A stretch of 64,000 nucleotides of DNA. Origin: Felis catus (taxonomy: Eukaryota). Both the position numbers and the translations under genes were made by a program. Below the pieces are notes generated by a model that searched no databases, was not told the DNA's origin, and saw only the letters and a program-made list of their open reading frames with translations. The DNA lies in NCBI RefSeq assembly GCF_018350175.1, contig NC_058373.1:104410001-104474000 (forward strand), written 5' to 3'. Positions 23,840-37,173 of the stretch are shown piece after piece (position 1 is the stretch's first letter; each line of letters begins with the position of its first letter).

Positions 23840-26244
23840 CTTGAAAGATTAGGAGAGAAATTAAAAAAAAAAACATTTAAAAATTTACTATTAAATTGGG
23901 CTAATCATTAGACTTTGTTAATACATTTTGGCACCTTTTTAGTTATATATGTCCAACCTACATGTTGAATGTGGAGGTGAAACACATAAAGCAAGGGTCA
24001 TACATGGATGCAAGTGATAAAATATTAGCCCATATCCAGGATTTAATTTCTGCTTTCCTCATTTCTTCCCTGGATTGATATTTAGAGGAAAATCTGAAAA
24101 ATCAACAATGTGTTGACTACAAATATTGTTCAAACATAGAATTTGGGCTGGAAAATAGAAACTTTTTCACTTGTTTTCATTTCATGAAATCTCTACAAAA
24201 TAAATTTGGGAAATCAGAAAAAATATATCCTTAAGAAATGAAAATAAATTCTCCTTTCAGATGAAAGAGATGAATCGTGGATAGATAGATAGATAGATGG
24301 ATGGATAGGTATTAGATAGAGGGGTAATAAAAAAATGGACTATGAGTGTATAATAGAAGTATGCAACGTTTAGCATTGTATGTTCCCAATTAAATAGTCT
24401 CTCCAACTAGGGAAAGAAATTCCCACAAGTTGCCCTATAATACAATATATAAATAGTCTTTCCTGATGACACAAAACAGGCTACAGAGTTAAGCCTTGTT
24501 AGAAACAGAGCTAGGACTCAAGAGGTCCATTATGGGTTTTATTTTTTAGCTTAATTATCCTGGGGTGTTAGGACTGCTACCATGCCCAATGCTGCATGAA
24601 TGAAGTTTTGTCTTTTCCTCTTAGAAATCTGGAAGCATTCTAATTTCTAGATTGTTGTGTGGACTATCCTACAACTTCACTTTGCATTCTAAACAGAAAA
24701 ATCCTTGCATAATTATGTTTTTCTATCCTTACAACATTTGAATGACCATGTTAAAAACTTCTCCACGTCCTTATTCTCTTTCAAGAGATGCCAGTGTATG
24801 GAACAAGACAGAAACAACAGTAATGACAAGAAATAGCATTTTTGGTTAAAAGATGTATTTCTGGCAACAGTTTTTTTTCAGCAGCCTGACTACTCTTTAT
24901 TTTTATACTATGATTTCAGTGATAACACCTCATTATTTAATTCAATTCATCCCAAATGGCATAGGCTATGTCAGGCAGTTATTCTTACCCTTGGTTTATA
25001 GGTGAAGGAAATTGATGCAGTTAATTTGCTCAAAGTCATACAATTTGGTATTTAGTGGAGCCAGGGTTAGGCTATGGACCTTTTGAAATTGGCAATCAGG
25101 ATGCTTACCATCCCTTTGTTATTTATTTTTAATGTGATTTTGTCATTTCAAAAGTAAGAATATTTTCCAGGCGGGACTCTAATGCATTAGACTTAGTTTT
25201 CACTATTCAGTTACCAGAATCTTAAAACTCTGGGTAGAAGGTTTGGGTAAAAAGGAATTGTTCAATGAAACTAGAGGAAAATTCCCACTCCCATGCTTAG
25301 GAAGTTGGAGAACATAAAAATAGGCCATATGCAACCAGTCAAGAGTTGTCAGTTCTACAGAAAATAGCCGTGACAATCAGTCCAGATGAGATGTACCAGA
25401 TACGGAACGAGAATATCAGGCTTTCTGGCCAAGGTGACCAATAATGGGAACTTATTTGTGTTATCGATCCAGAATATAAATAAAGAACAAAATTACATCG
25501 GTATACACATATGTACACATTATATATTTATATTTCTCTTCCCAAGTGAGAATCTCTGTTTAATTATCATTGTGATTTTCATAAAAATGTTACGTGTCTT
25601 CTAAAATATCCCAGGATAATTTATAGCCACTTCAGGCTCAGAGCTTCCAATCATAATGGGAAAAATTCTCTTAGTTCTGCAAATGACGGAACTTAGTGCA
25701 TATTCTGCGTGAAGAATGTGGGCTTGGGGAGGGGATGACTCATCCTCTCATCTGTATTGCAATAAATCAATTCTGTTTGGGGTGGTTTCCAACTTCACAT
25801 TAGAATGAATTCACTCCGAAAGGGTTGCTTTCAAAACAACAAAGCCTGATGCACTAAATGGGGCTGGAGAGAATGATTTGAATTTAGAATCTAACTGAAA
25901 CATATGATTGTCATAATTTATCACATCTTATCTATATAATTTTAATCATCTGGCAAAGCTAGGTATAAACATCGAAAGCACTATAAACTAAGCTGAAACA
26001 GAATGATTTTTTCCCTTCCAGTGCAGAATGGTAAGAAGCCCTCTGTGCAGTTTACACACCCGTTCTAATGTACCCAGAATACTTACAATTGAGAAACACT
26101 CAGCCTCGAGTTGAGAGATGTTCCCTTACATTTCAGCAATTTAGAAACTTTCTGATATTGTTATAGAAACAGACAGCCAGGCACATCTGTCAATAGCTCT
26201 CCTTGGCCCAAATACACAGATTTCATGATGGGTCTTACGTTTAC

Positions 26245-26467
26245 CTGCAGAGTATCTTCCATACCAGGTCTCTCGTAGAGGCGGCAGCTGACCTTCCAGA
26301 GCTTTGTTCTGGTCCTGCAGTCCTGTGAACAAATACGAACTCTTTTCTTCAAGATTCTGACTGAATGCAAAGTCCACGGGGCTGGCAGAGGGGAGTTCTT
26401 CCTCTTTGTTTTGCAAAGGTGCTACTTTGGTCACTCTAGGGTGAGGCTTAGAGTGGCTCAGGCCCAT
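26245..26467 (-). CDS. CCDC198: CCDC198 coding exon 1 (MGLSHSKPHPRVTKVAPLQNK...GQLPPLRETWYGRYSA, 223 nt)
   Basis: Translation resembles the N-terminus of human C14orf105/CCDC198 as I recall it (MGLSHSKTHLRVIKVAPLQNK...). ATG at 26467 has a good Kozak context (gaaATGG). Donor CAG|gtaaac, phase 1. Confidence 0.95.
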
Positions 26468-27075
26468 TTCACGGTAAAGATACTCAAAGAACAACCCCGA
26501 GGGAAGTGGTGTGGGGCCTTTAACTCGGCTTGTTTTAATTAAGGTACTTCAGAATTTTACCCCAGCTACGCAAAGCACTTCATGACATATTTCTAAGCTT
26601 TATTTCACCCCACAGTAACCCCTCTGGCCACTTCCTGGGAGCCTGGTTTCCACGGAGATGTCCCTTCAACTCCCACTCTGCCATTTCAGACCCAAAGAAT
26701 CCAGTTAAACATTGACTTGGGTATGCTACTTTCTGAAAGACTCAGTAGTAGAAACGAAACCACTGTTGATCATTACACAAATCTCTAACATCAGGAAGCC
26801 ATTCACAGGGGTGGAGAGCAGAGGTTTAAAGAAGTCTTAAACTTGACCCTTTCATTGCACATACCTTTCAATACCGTCGTTAAGAGCGACCAACTGAGAA
26901 TAGCTAAATCGTCTTCAGAAACGAGGGGATGCATGCTAAGCATTATTTGGTAACCTTTAGTTTTAACTGAAGAATTTGTTTTCCAAATAGGAAAGGTAAC
27001 AGTAGAGTGGCTAAAATAATTTTATTTTTCTTTCAATGACTTGAACTGCCTTTGATTAATTGCCTTTGATTCATA
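26468..27075 (-). promoter_or_regulatory. Putative CCDC198 5' UTR and proximal promoter with HNF1-like and TCF/LEF-like motifs
   Basis: Unique sequence directly upstream of the ATG. GTTAAACATTGAC at 26704-26716, GTTGATCATTACA at 26765-26777, CCTTTGAT twice at 27049-27070. TSS cannot be determined from sequence. Confidence 0.5.
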
Positions 27076-27139
27076 TATTACAGGAGGGCAGGTAGACAGT
27101 AGAATTTCTTTCCTGGGGACAAGGGGACAAACTTTTTCT

Positions 27140-28089
27140 TCTTCTTTTTTTGAAGTATATAGTTGAGATACAATTTTATATTCGTTTCAGGTGGACAACA
27201 CAGTGATTTCACAATTCTGTACATTACACTATGCTCATCATGATAAGAGTAGTTACCATCTGTCACTATACAAGGTTATTACAATATTATTGACTATACA
27301 CACTATGCTGTACTTTTCATCTCTGTGACTTACTTTTTTTAAAAAATTTTTTATACAATTTATTGTCAAATTGGTTTCCATACAACACCCAGTGCTCATC
27401 CGAACAGGTACCCTCCTCAATGCCCATCATCCACTTTCCCCTCTCCCCCACCCCCCTTCAACCCTCAGTTTGTTCTCAATATTTAAGAGTCTCTCATGGT
27501 TTGCCTCCTTCCCTCTCTGTAACTTCTTTTTCCCCCTTCCCCTGCCCCCTGGTCTGCTGTTAAGTTTCTCAGGATCCACACAAGAGTGAAAACATATGGT
27601 ATCTGTCCATGACTTACTTTATATCTGGAAGTTTGTACCTCTTAATCCCCTTCACTTATTTCTCTCATTCCTCCAGCAAACACCAGTTTGTTCTCTGCAT
27701 TTATGTTCTATTTTTGTTTGTTTGTTTATTTGTTCTGTTTTTTAGGTCCCGCATATAAGTGAAATCATATGGCATTTGTCTTTCTCTCTGACTTATCTCA
27801 CTTAGCGTAATAACTCTAGCCCCATCCATGTTGTTGCAAATGACAAGATCTTTTTTTTTTAATGTTTATTTATTTTTGAGAGAGAGTGGGAGTGGGAAGG
27901 GCAGAGAGAGAGGGAGACAAAGAATCCGAAGCAGACTCCAGGCTCTGAGCTGTCAGCACTGAGCCCGATGCGGGCTCGAACTCATGAACCGTGAGATCAT
28001 GACCTGAGCCGAAGTTGGACGCTTAACTGAGTCACCGAGGTGCCCCAAGATCTTAAATCTTATTCTTTTTTTATGCCTAAGTAATATTC

Positions 28090-28129
<40 letters not shown>

Positions 28130-28270
28130 CCTGCATCTTCTTTATCCATCCAAGTGATGGACACTTGGGCTGCTCCTATATCTTGGCTTGTAAATAATGC
28201 TGCAACATGCATAGGGTGCAGGTATCTTTCCAAATTAGTGTTTTCTCTTTCTTTGAGTAAATACCCAGGG
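27140..28270 (-). mobile_element. Older L1 3' end hosting a nested younger L1 3' end (about 27335-27609) and a SINE
   Basis: Two different L1 3' UTR types; the inner one is flanked by TSD tgacttacttt. Confidence 0.85.
27851..28046 (-). mobile_element. Can-SINE nested in L1
   Basis: TSD caagatctt. Confidence 0.9.
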
Positions 28271-28325
28271 ATAAACTTCTTGAATAAATGGTTCAAATAA
28301 ACGTTAAGTTCTCAAAGACAGCTTA

Positions 28326-28526
28326 TTTTAAATTTTTTTATGTTTGTTTATTTATTTTGAAAGTGGGGGAGGGGCAGAGAAAGAGGGAGAGAGAGAGAAT
28401 CCCAAGCAGGCTCTGCAGTGTCAGCACAGAGATGGACGTGGGGCTCAATCCCACGAACCGTGAGATCATGACCTGAGCTGAGAATAAGAGTCTGGTGGTT
28501 AGCCGACTGAGCCACCCAGGCATCCC
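28326..28526 (-). mobile_element. Can-SINE
   Basis: TSD ctcaaaga(c/t)agctt. Confidence 0.9.
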
Positions 28527-29959
28527 TCAAAGATAGCTTGTTGACAATGTTTTAAAAATGGGCAAAAAAGACTGGAAGAAAATGTGCTGAAAGGTCAAGT
28601 AGTAATTTTTGAATGGTGGAATTATGTGGGTGATTTTTATTTTATTTTTCAAATTTAGAAACAAAACTGAATTTCAAGGTTTAATTGCTCATGATCACAG
28701 ATTTCTTAGGTTTTCATTATTTCCCTATTGAGAAGTTTAGAGAAATATATTTTTTATTTGTTTACTTTTGCAAAATCTATTTGCTAAGGGGCTCCCTTGG
28801 ATTTAGAGGATCTCACTAGCCAAGAGAGTTCATCTAAAAAGATACTCAAGCTTAATTTTTTCCTACTTATCCCCTTTGCTTTTTACACTGTGGCAGAAAG
28901 ACTTGTAAGAAAGAATCATGTATTAACAGTACCTGCAAGCAAATTTACCTCTGGCAACTGGAGACTAGTTTAATTACAAATATTGAAATACTTGAATCAG
29001 CTTTCTCTCTGGATACAGTCAGTTTAAGTATTTTTAAGGGAAGGAGAAGGATGGCAAATGAACGGATAACGAGAAATCGTGCTGGAAATGGTGGACTTTA
29101 TGGACCAGTGAGAAGGGTGCTGTCCTCAACTTTAGCCTCATTATTATTTAATTTCAAGAGACTATATCTGTGGAGAATATGAGACTTTGTGAAGGAAGTT
29201 GGATATTTGTTGAGGAAATGAGGTCGAAGAAGTGGATTTATACCGTGTTTGTTTCTCTTTTTATTACTGGCCGCTCTCAAGCTGTAACTTGCAGGGATTA
29301 CTTACCCATTCCGTGCCTCAATTTCCTCATTTGCAAGATGGGGTTAATAATACTTCATGAAGAATTTATCAACTGGTTCCATGTGGAGCCCTAAGCATAA
29401 TATCTGACATAACATTAAGCTCTCAATTAACATTAGCCAGTATTCTCCTCCTCATGAGAAAGTATTGCAACACATCTACATGTGATAGGAGAGTCCTCAC
29501 TACTATTGGCATCCATTAAAATAGACATATTCCTGTCTAAAGGAGTTTACACCTAAGTATAAAAGAGACGAATGAGGAAAGTGTACATTACTTGGGCCCC
29601 TGGGAAAACAGTGGTGCTTAAGGACTATCATTAAAAAAATGTTCAGAGGCTGAAAGGAGTTTTATAAGGATGATGGTGAAAAATAATTTCACTAAAAGAG
29701 GAAATCCAGAATTTAATCTCACCTATGGGGTTATATGTAAGATGTAATTTCTTAACCGTAAGACTGGAAAACACTGAAAGGTTCTCACCCACCAAAACGT
29801 GGACTCCGAGACTATCAATGATGTGTAGAATGATCCCTCCCCAGTTCTAGCCTGGTTATGAATATGCATTACTGTGTGTAAAGGTGATAACATGATGCTA
29901 TTTGTAATAGAATGGTGAATATGAAATGAGAACATAAGTTTATCAGTCTCTTAAAAAAA

Positions 29960-30163
29960 TTTTGTTCAAGTTTATTCATTTTGAGAGAGACAGAGTGAGC
30001 TGGGGAGAGGCAGAGAGAGAGAGGGAGAGAGAGAATCCCCAGCAGGCTCCGCACTGTCAGCGTGGAGCCTGTTGCAGGGCTCGAACTCACGAGACCGTGA
30101 GATCATCACCTGAGCTGAAACCAAGAGTCGGATGCTTAACAGACTGAGCCACCCAGGTGCCCC
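29960..30163 (-). mobile_element. Can-SINE
   Basis: Reverse SINE; no clear TSD. Confidence 0.9.
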
Positions 30164-33100
30164 ACCACGTGTGCTACACGTGCAAGTGAGGGATTGAAGC
30201 CCCCAACTTGGAGCAGCACCATAGGCAACCAGTACACGGAGCTCCCAAGTGATACCCGTGCCGCAGAAGCTCAGAGTGCTTGGACCTTTCTTTGAATGCC
30301 TTCCATCAAGACACTCCCTTCTTCAAGACAAGGAATGAGCCAAGCACCTATTAGCCCTATTCTTAACCTTCCTCCTCAGCCTTTACATCCATCCGAAGGA
30401 AGGAGATAAAGCTACAAAGCTGCTTTTCACGGCCAGAAATCTCTGCTTTTGTTCTTGCTTTACACCTAACTGGCCTTGTGCAAAGCTTAAGGAATCTTGT
30501 GCAGTGAATTTAAATTCCACAGAAACTCAATATACACTCATTGGAGATATGTGGATTTTCCTGCTCTCTAATAGTAGAAAGTTTTACATTTGAACGACAG
30601 AGGGCTTTATGTAGAAGCTTGGGATCAGAGAGTGGGTGAGGTGATCTCTACATTTCCTTACAGCTAGATCTACTCTATAATATCTAATCAGAGCTGGCAA
30701 GACCACAGCTATTTTTTTTTCTTGTGTGAAGACTTTTCCTAGCTGGATTTATAGGACTGTGATTTGATAACTCTTGTCTTAGTTTTGGTGGACTTCCCAA
30801 GGGTCATTCCCACTCTCTTGACTCTCCACCTTGATTAGATGGCTCTTGGAGATAAGGAGACTGGGCCAAAGAAAGGCATATTTTCTGCAGGGAGCTCAGC
30901 AGGTGCTATGTGATCAAAAAGGAAGTGGTGAGTGCAGTAGTGGTAGGTTCTGAGTAGCTACAGACAAATAGAAAAGTATACAAATGCTCAATGGCTGTGT
31001 ATATTACCGGGTAGTGCATTATAAAATTCAAACAGCCTAATATTGGACAAATGAGTTTCTTAGTGGGCTATGGATATATACATTGGATGTTTTATATTAT
31101 GCAGATGATGTATGGTGAGGTGATTTTCCTTAGGGTAGGATGGTGGTGGTTTGGAGTCAGTTTGGTTACACTGCCTTTTGATCCTTTAGCATGCAATTTC
31201 CTCGGAAAGGCTTCAAACAGGATTTAAAACCACACATATATAACTATTCCTTAGGGTTGAATTTAATTTCACACCTGGGTTAATTACTATGCATTGGCTG
31301 TTCCGTAAGTGGGGTTTTAAATCCTAAATGTTTATAGGATTCCTAAATTATGCTTCTAATAATGTTACAGGCTTTTCTGCAATTGATCTGTAATGGCTAA
31401 GCAATCACTGGAGTCTTTTCAGCAATGTGAATTATGTGTTTGGATGCCAACTAAGCAGAGTTGATGTATGACCCAAACCTTAATTTTCCTCCTAGTGATT
31501 ATTTCCCTCTCTATTTATCCATACATTGAGCATGAGGGTGACAGTACAGCCAGAATTACTTGGTGGAAGTGCTGAAGTGAAACAAATGGGAAAAGGGTGA
31601 CTTGGAGCTTTTTAAAAAAATAAACCATTACATGAGATCAGTTGGATCAAATTTATATCGTTACCTAAATCTGCAAGGGCATTATTGAATGCTAAATGCT
31701 AAATGCTAAAACCTAACATCACAAACCCGCTACTCTGAAGACAGCCAGTGCCTACATGAGTTTCTTAAAATGGATTGCTAATGGATTTCACTCAGGTCAA
31801 GGAGTTTTTCTATATTTTATCTCTCATTGGGAGAACATCAGCCTTTGGTTATAATGATCTTTTTAAAGACGTCTTTAGGAAACCTTCCTGCTTTCTTCCT
31901 TCCCTCCCTCCCTTCTTTTGCTAAAATAAGGTTACATTTTAACTATTGTCCACAGTTTGTCTCAGGAATTTACACTGAAGTTTAACCTTTAATCTACCTT
32001 CTCTGGTCTAAACAGTCACTGAGGCTATGGGTCTAAATTGCAGATCCTGCATTTTTTCCCCCTAAGGCAAAAGGCTTCTTCTTACTAATGTCTACTAAAA
32101 CCAAAACATTTTAGAGTCTTTTTTTTCCCTTTAGAAATTTAAATTGTGGGCCCAGAAGTGAAAATGAGAGCTTTTAGCTTTCAAGAAGGCATAAAAACAA
32201 GGTAGAGGTGTGCACGGTAAGCCAGACGTCCCAAAGCTCAGGGTCGGCCAAAGTGGTCCAGAGTGAAGCACTAGTGGCAGGTATCAACTGAACTAAATGC
32301 TAGTCAGACCATTGCTAGCGTCCAAGTTCATAAACCTCCATTGTCACTGATGTGCTGTAAAATGCATTTTCTCTGGGTTCTGCACAGGTCAAGGATGTCT
32401 CTTTGCTCAGGCAAAGTCTGTATTTTATTTATTTTTAATTGCTTCGGGAGGAAATGTAGAGGAAACCAAATAAAGAGACCTTCCCAAAAGATTTTCCTTT
32501 CCCTTCATTGCCTCCCATATTATATTTCTTTCCCATTAAATGCAACGCCACCCAAAGGAGAAATACCACCCTCACTGCTCTGGCCTTCTGTCTGATAGTC
32601 TTCATTTGTCCAGGTGGCCCAGGAAACCTGATCTGGCTCAGGTCACTTGGAAGTGCGGTGAGGACAGCAAGCTTCTTGTTACCTGTGGCTGAGCTCCTGG
32701 CCACTCTGACCTCATGTATTACTTTCCTCAGGGCAGAAATTATGTGTCTGTGATGACATCCAGTCTTAACGTATAGAGCAAGTTTCTGCTTTTCTTTCCT
32801 TTTCCTTTCTTTCCTTTCTTTCTAAAATGCAAACAGAAAGCAAATCAGCGTGGTTACTAAACAAACGGATATAGGCAAAGAAGTTGCTAACCTGAAATTT
32901 GCTTCCTTGGCTCCAATTTGTATCCTAGGAAAGGACACAAATCTTGGTGCATCTTGCTTAGAACAATAGAATAATAGAACGACAGGCTCAATCTTAGTTT
33001 ACTCCACCTGCTTCTCTCGGGAAGGAAAAAATGTAACCCAGAAGTCGTCAGGGTTCTTCTGAGAAGAAATTTACCGAGAATCTCCCATCCCAATACCCAT

Positions 33101-33946
33101 TTGGACCCATACTCCTTCTAAAGTAGTTCTAAGAGCAGTACACAAAGCCTTGCTAACAGTTTTGGCAAGCTGCCTGATCTTAGGGCTTATGGCTTGTTCT
33201 GATCTTGGCAGCAAAGCTCAAGCATGCCCAAGCAAGGCAGGGGCTTAGGATTCTCTTTATTAGCATATACAGTTTCCCACGGGTCTTTTCCAGGGCTCTC
33301 TCATTTTTCCCGTGGAAGGTTAGGTCGCTGGTACTGGATTCATAGGCAGCCAGGTGCTCCCTCAGACCTTTGTCCCTTCTAGATGTTTCTTGCTACAACT
33401 AGCATGACACCCTCTGTGGGATTTTACACTTAGACCTCAGATGACTGCAAGCAGAAAGCACTAGTTAATTACTACGTAACAGTTCACAGCCACGGTGGCT
33501 ACAATGCATAACCTCTGTGTAACCAAAGTCTCTAGGGGTATCTCCAACTTCCTTGCCTGTTGCTCCTGGGGAAGCAAGGCAGGGAGGCTGCTGTTGCTGA
33601 GAAGCTGGAGGCAGCCCACTGACTGCACCAGGCACTACCTGGCAAGAATCTGACATGAATGAGACACAGCACTTAAGACCCCTACTGGATTCAAAATCCA
33701 GGAGTGATGAATGAAAGGGAAGGAGGGGGGGGGGCAGAACTTGGATCTCTAGAACACTACTAATAGCTGCAGTTTGGTGAGTACCTCAACAGCTTCCCAC
33801 TGCCTGTAGGGTAAAAGCCAAACGCATTTAGGTGGTGTTAGACAAGGCTTCCAGTACAAGTGGTTTCTTTGGGATGTGCTCCTAGAAAACAGGGGGTATG
33901 TGTCGGGGTGGGGGGTGGGGGAAGTAATTCAGAAAAGGAAAAAAAC

Positions 33947-34527
33947 CACTACTAGGAATTTATCCCAAACGATACAGGAGTGCTAATTCATAGGGGCACG
34001 TGTACCGCAGTGTTTATAGCAGCGCTTTCAACAATAGCCAAATTATGGAAAGAGCCCAAATGTCCATCAACTGATGAATGGATAAAGAAGATGTGGTTTG
34101 TATATACAATGGAATACTACTTGGCAACGAGAAAGAATAGAATCCTTCCATTTGCAGCAACGTGGATGGAACTGGAGGGTATTATGCTGAGTGAAATAAG
34201 TCAGGCAGAGAAAGACAGATAGCGTATGTTTTCACTCATATGTGGAACCTGAGAGACTTAACAGAAGACCATGGGGTCTTTCGAACAGAGAGGGGGAGGC
34301 AAACCATAAGAGCCTCTTAAATACAGAGAACAAACTGAGGGTTGATGGAGGGGGGCAGAGGAGAGGGGAGAATGGGTGACGGGCATTGAGGAGGGCACTT
34401 GTTGGGATGAGCCCTGGGTGTTGTATGTAAGCGATGAATCATGGGAATCTACCCCCCAAACCAAGAGCACACTGTATGCACTGTCTGTTAGCCAACTGGA
34501 CCATAAATTATATTTAAAAAAATAATA
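33947..34527 (+). mobile_element. 5'-truncated carnivore L1 3' end
   Basis: ORF 33980..34222 is the ORF2p C-terminus ([19 protein letters not shown]), followed by the 3' UTR and A tail. Confidence 0.92.
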
Positions 34528-35101
34528 AAGCTAATAAGGGGGGTGTTCCCTAGCTTGTTCTACTGTGAGTGAGAAGAACTTAGTGCTCTGGGTTCATGGG
34601 AAATGAACATACTTCAGAGACACCCACCAGAGGGGCTATGTATATGTTCACTCCTGTCACTGGTCGAGAACTGTCAGGTAGACGGTAGAGAGATGTTGAT
34701 TTCCTGGCACTTCCAGCTGGCCACACTCTTGAGGGCAGAGCAGGCTCTACCCATCGGAGAAAACCCCCAAGACCCAGGGTGATTAGTGCTGGCAGCGTGT
34801 CCAAAATGGCAAAGGCCTAGGGGATGGGGCTGGGCACCACCAGTCTCTGCTAAGCATGTCTTACTATATTCCCAAGCTGGCAGGCCTCCAGCCACTTTTC
34901 TGGCCTTAATTCAGGAAGACCAAGTATATGAGGGGCTTTGAATTTGGGGAGACGGTATTTCCAACAGGGTAGGTTAGGTGGTGTTATGTCAAGGAGCTGA
35001 TCAGTGGTAAGCAGGAAGGCCTGCCATGATCAGACTTGTAGACATCCATAGGGAGGAGGTAGTGTGTACCTGGATCTGAAGTTGATACCCACTGACACTA
35101 G

Positions 35102-35356
35102 TTTTTTGGGTTTTTGTTTTTGTTTTAACATTTATTTATTTATTTATTTATTTTGAGAGAGAGGAGAAAGTGAGAGAGTGATCTGATCGCATGAACAGGG
35201 GAGGGGCAGAGGGAGAGGAAGAGAGAGAATCCTAAGCAGGCTCTGCATCATCAGCGTAGAGCCCAAGGCAGGGCTCGAACCCACAAACGAGGAGATCACG
35301 ACCTGAGCCAAAGTCAAGAGTCAGACGCTTAACCGACTGAGCCACCCAGGCGCCCC
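35102..35356 (-). mobile_element. Can-SINE
   Basis: Reverse SINE. Confidence 0.9.
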
Positions 35357-36067
35357 AGTATGGCGGCTGGTTTCGGGCTCTCCCCTCTAGGTCGGTGCCC
35401 AACAGCCCTGTGAAGTAGAACTCATTATTGTCTTCTTGCAGGCAAGGATGTAAGGCTCGGGGAAGCTCAGTAACATGTCTGAGGCCACAGCCTTTTGTTT
35501 TGTTTTGTTTTGTATTTTTGGTTGTTCTATGTCTAAAATGTCAAATCTTTTCATTTAAAGCAACCCTCCCAGCTTTGCATGACATTGACATGCAGTCTCT
35601 TGATGAAGAGACTGTGGACTATCCCTTATTCTGGATCTGTTTCCTCTTGGTGACATTTAACTTGTTTCTCCAGCCCCTCAGTTGTCCATAAATTGGGACT
35701 TAGGTCTAAAGCCTTGTTGGATGCAGGTTCAATCAGTTAGCAATACTGATTCCAGCTGGTCCTGTATTGGGCAGACTGTGTCCACTGGGGAGGCTGGATG
35801 CTAAGGCTGCTCCATGGGTTTGCAAGGTGACGATCAAGCCATCCATTGCCATCCTGCTTTGTCCCCCCCCACCCCCCACCCCCGTACCAGCAGTGAGTAA
35901 AGGGTAGGGTGATACTTTCAAAGCCTGTGCTCCTAACTCTAATGCAACGGAACTATTTCAATCTCAAAGTTTCAAATTAGCGTGGACCATGACAAATCTG
36001 ACTTCTACCAAGGGGCTGAGCTTGTTCTGACAGGAGTCTCAGGGCCTCTTTAAAAAAATAAATGGTT

Positions 36068-36290
36068 GGGGCGCCTGGGTGGCGCAGTCGGTTAAGCGTC
36101 CGACTTCAGCCAGGTCACGATCTCGCAGTCCGTGAGTTCGAGCCCCGCGTCAGGCTCTGGGCTGATGGCTCGGAGGCTGGAGCCTGCTTCCGATTCTGTG
36201 TCTCCCTCTCTCTCTGCCCCTCCCCCGTTCATGCTCTGTCTCTCTCTGTCCCAAAAATAAAATAAACGTTGAAAAAAAAATTTAAAAAAA
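36068..36290 (+). mobile_element. Young SINEC_Fc
   Basis: TSD aaaaaataaatgg. Confidence 0.95.
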
Positions 36291-37173
36291 TAAATGGAGA
36301 AGAAGTGGGATGTCCGCCTTTGCATTTCCCTAGATCTGGCCATGATACACAGGCTTTATAACCTTATCTTTGCAGGTTCCACGTGAAGATATCAGTCAGG
36401 CCCTTGGGGCCACAGAGGTTGTACGCCTAGGGGGTCAGGACAGGGGACGTTACCACAGAGCCTAGAACGCTGGCCAAGGGGGAGGAACGGCTCCTCCTTT
36501 CGTGCATTTGCCTAGATTCATTCCAGATGATGCCGGCCCCCTTTGTCTCTCGTGCCAGCTGCTGCAGGTCTCAAACAAGCAAGGAAACTGCCAGCTCCCA
36601 CTGCCAATTATGTCAAATGGGTCTATTATGCAATCAGATCTGCTCGAGCCCCAGAATAGACCCCAAAGCACCAAGTGATTTGATGCCATTCCCATGCACT
36701 CTGTTTTCATTAACGCTCTGCCTCGCCTGATGAGCTGTTCTACAATATCCAGGTGTATCCCGGGGCCGGAGTGGTACAGGGAGAGCCCAGGGCTGACGTG
36801 CTGCTGCCCCCCTGGAGGCAGGCTCCTCTGGCAGCACCTGTCATTTTCTCTGCACCATCACTGCCTGTCCTTGACATCCGGGTCCAGGGGAAAAGTTCAT
36901 GGGCCCCTCCATTCCAAAAAAGTGACATCCGACTAATAATGATTGTGTTTGCTCTAAAGGGCAAGCATAGGGGTGTGGAGTACGTGACTGCAGGGCCAAC
37001 CCACCTACAAGAAACTCTTAATGCCCTTCCCCCACTCACAGATCTTCCCAGGCCAGCAAAGGAGACATGGAAATATGCCTAAGAGAGAAAACTAGTTGCC
37101 CAGACTTTTGGTCACATGTGTGATCTTACCTTGTTTCTAGAGGGCAGGAAAGACATCTGTGTGAAAGAAACAA

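Noticed and set aside
26468..26494. N-terminal extension MFFEYLYRE in the ORF track
   Set aside because: It begins at a non-ATG codon. The ATG at 26467 has a strong Kozak context and exposes Gly2.
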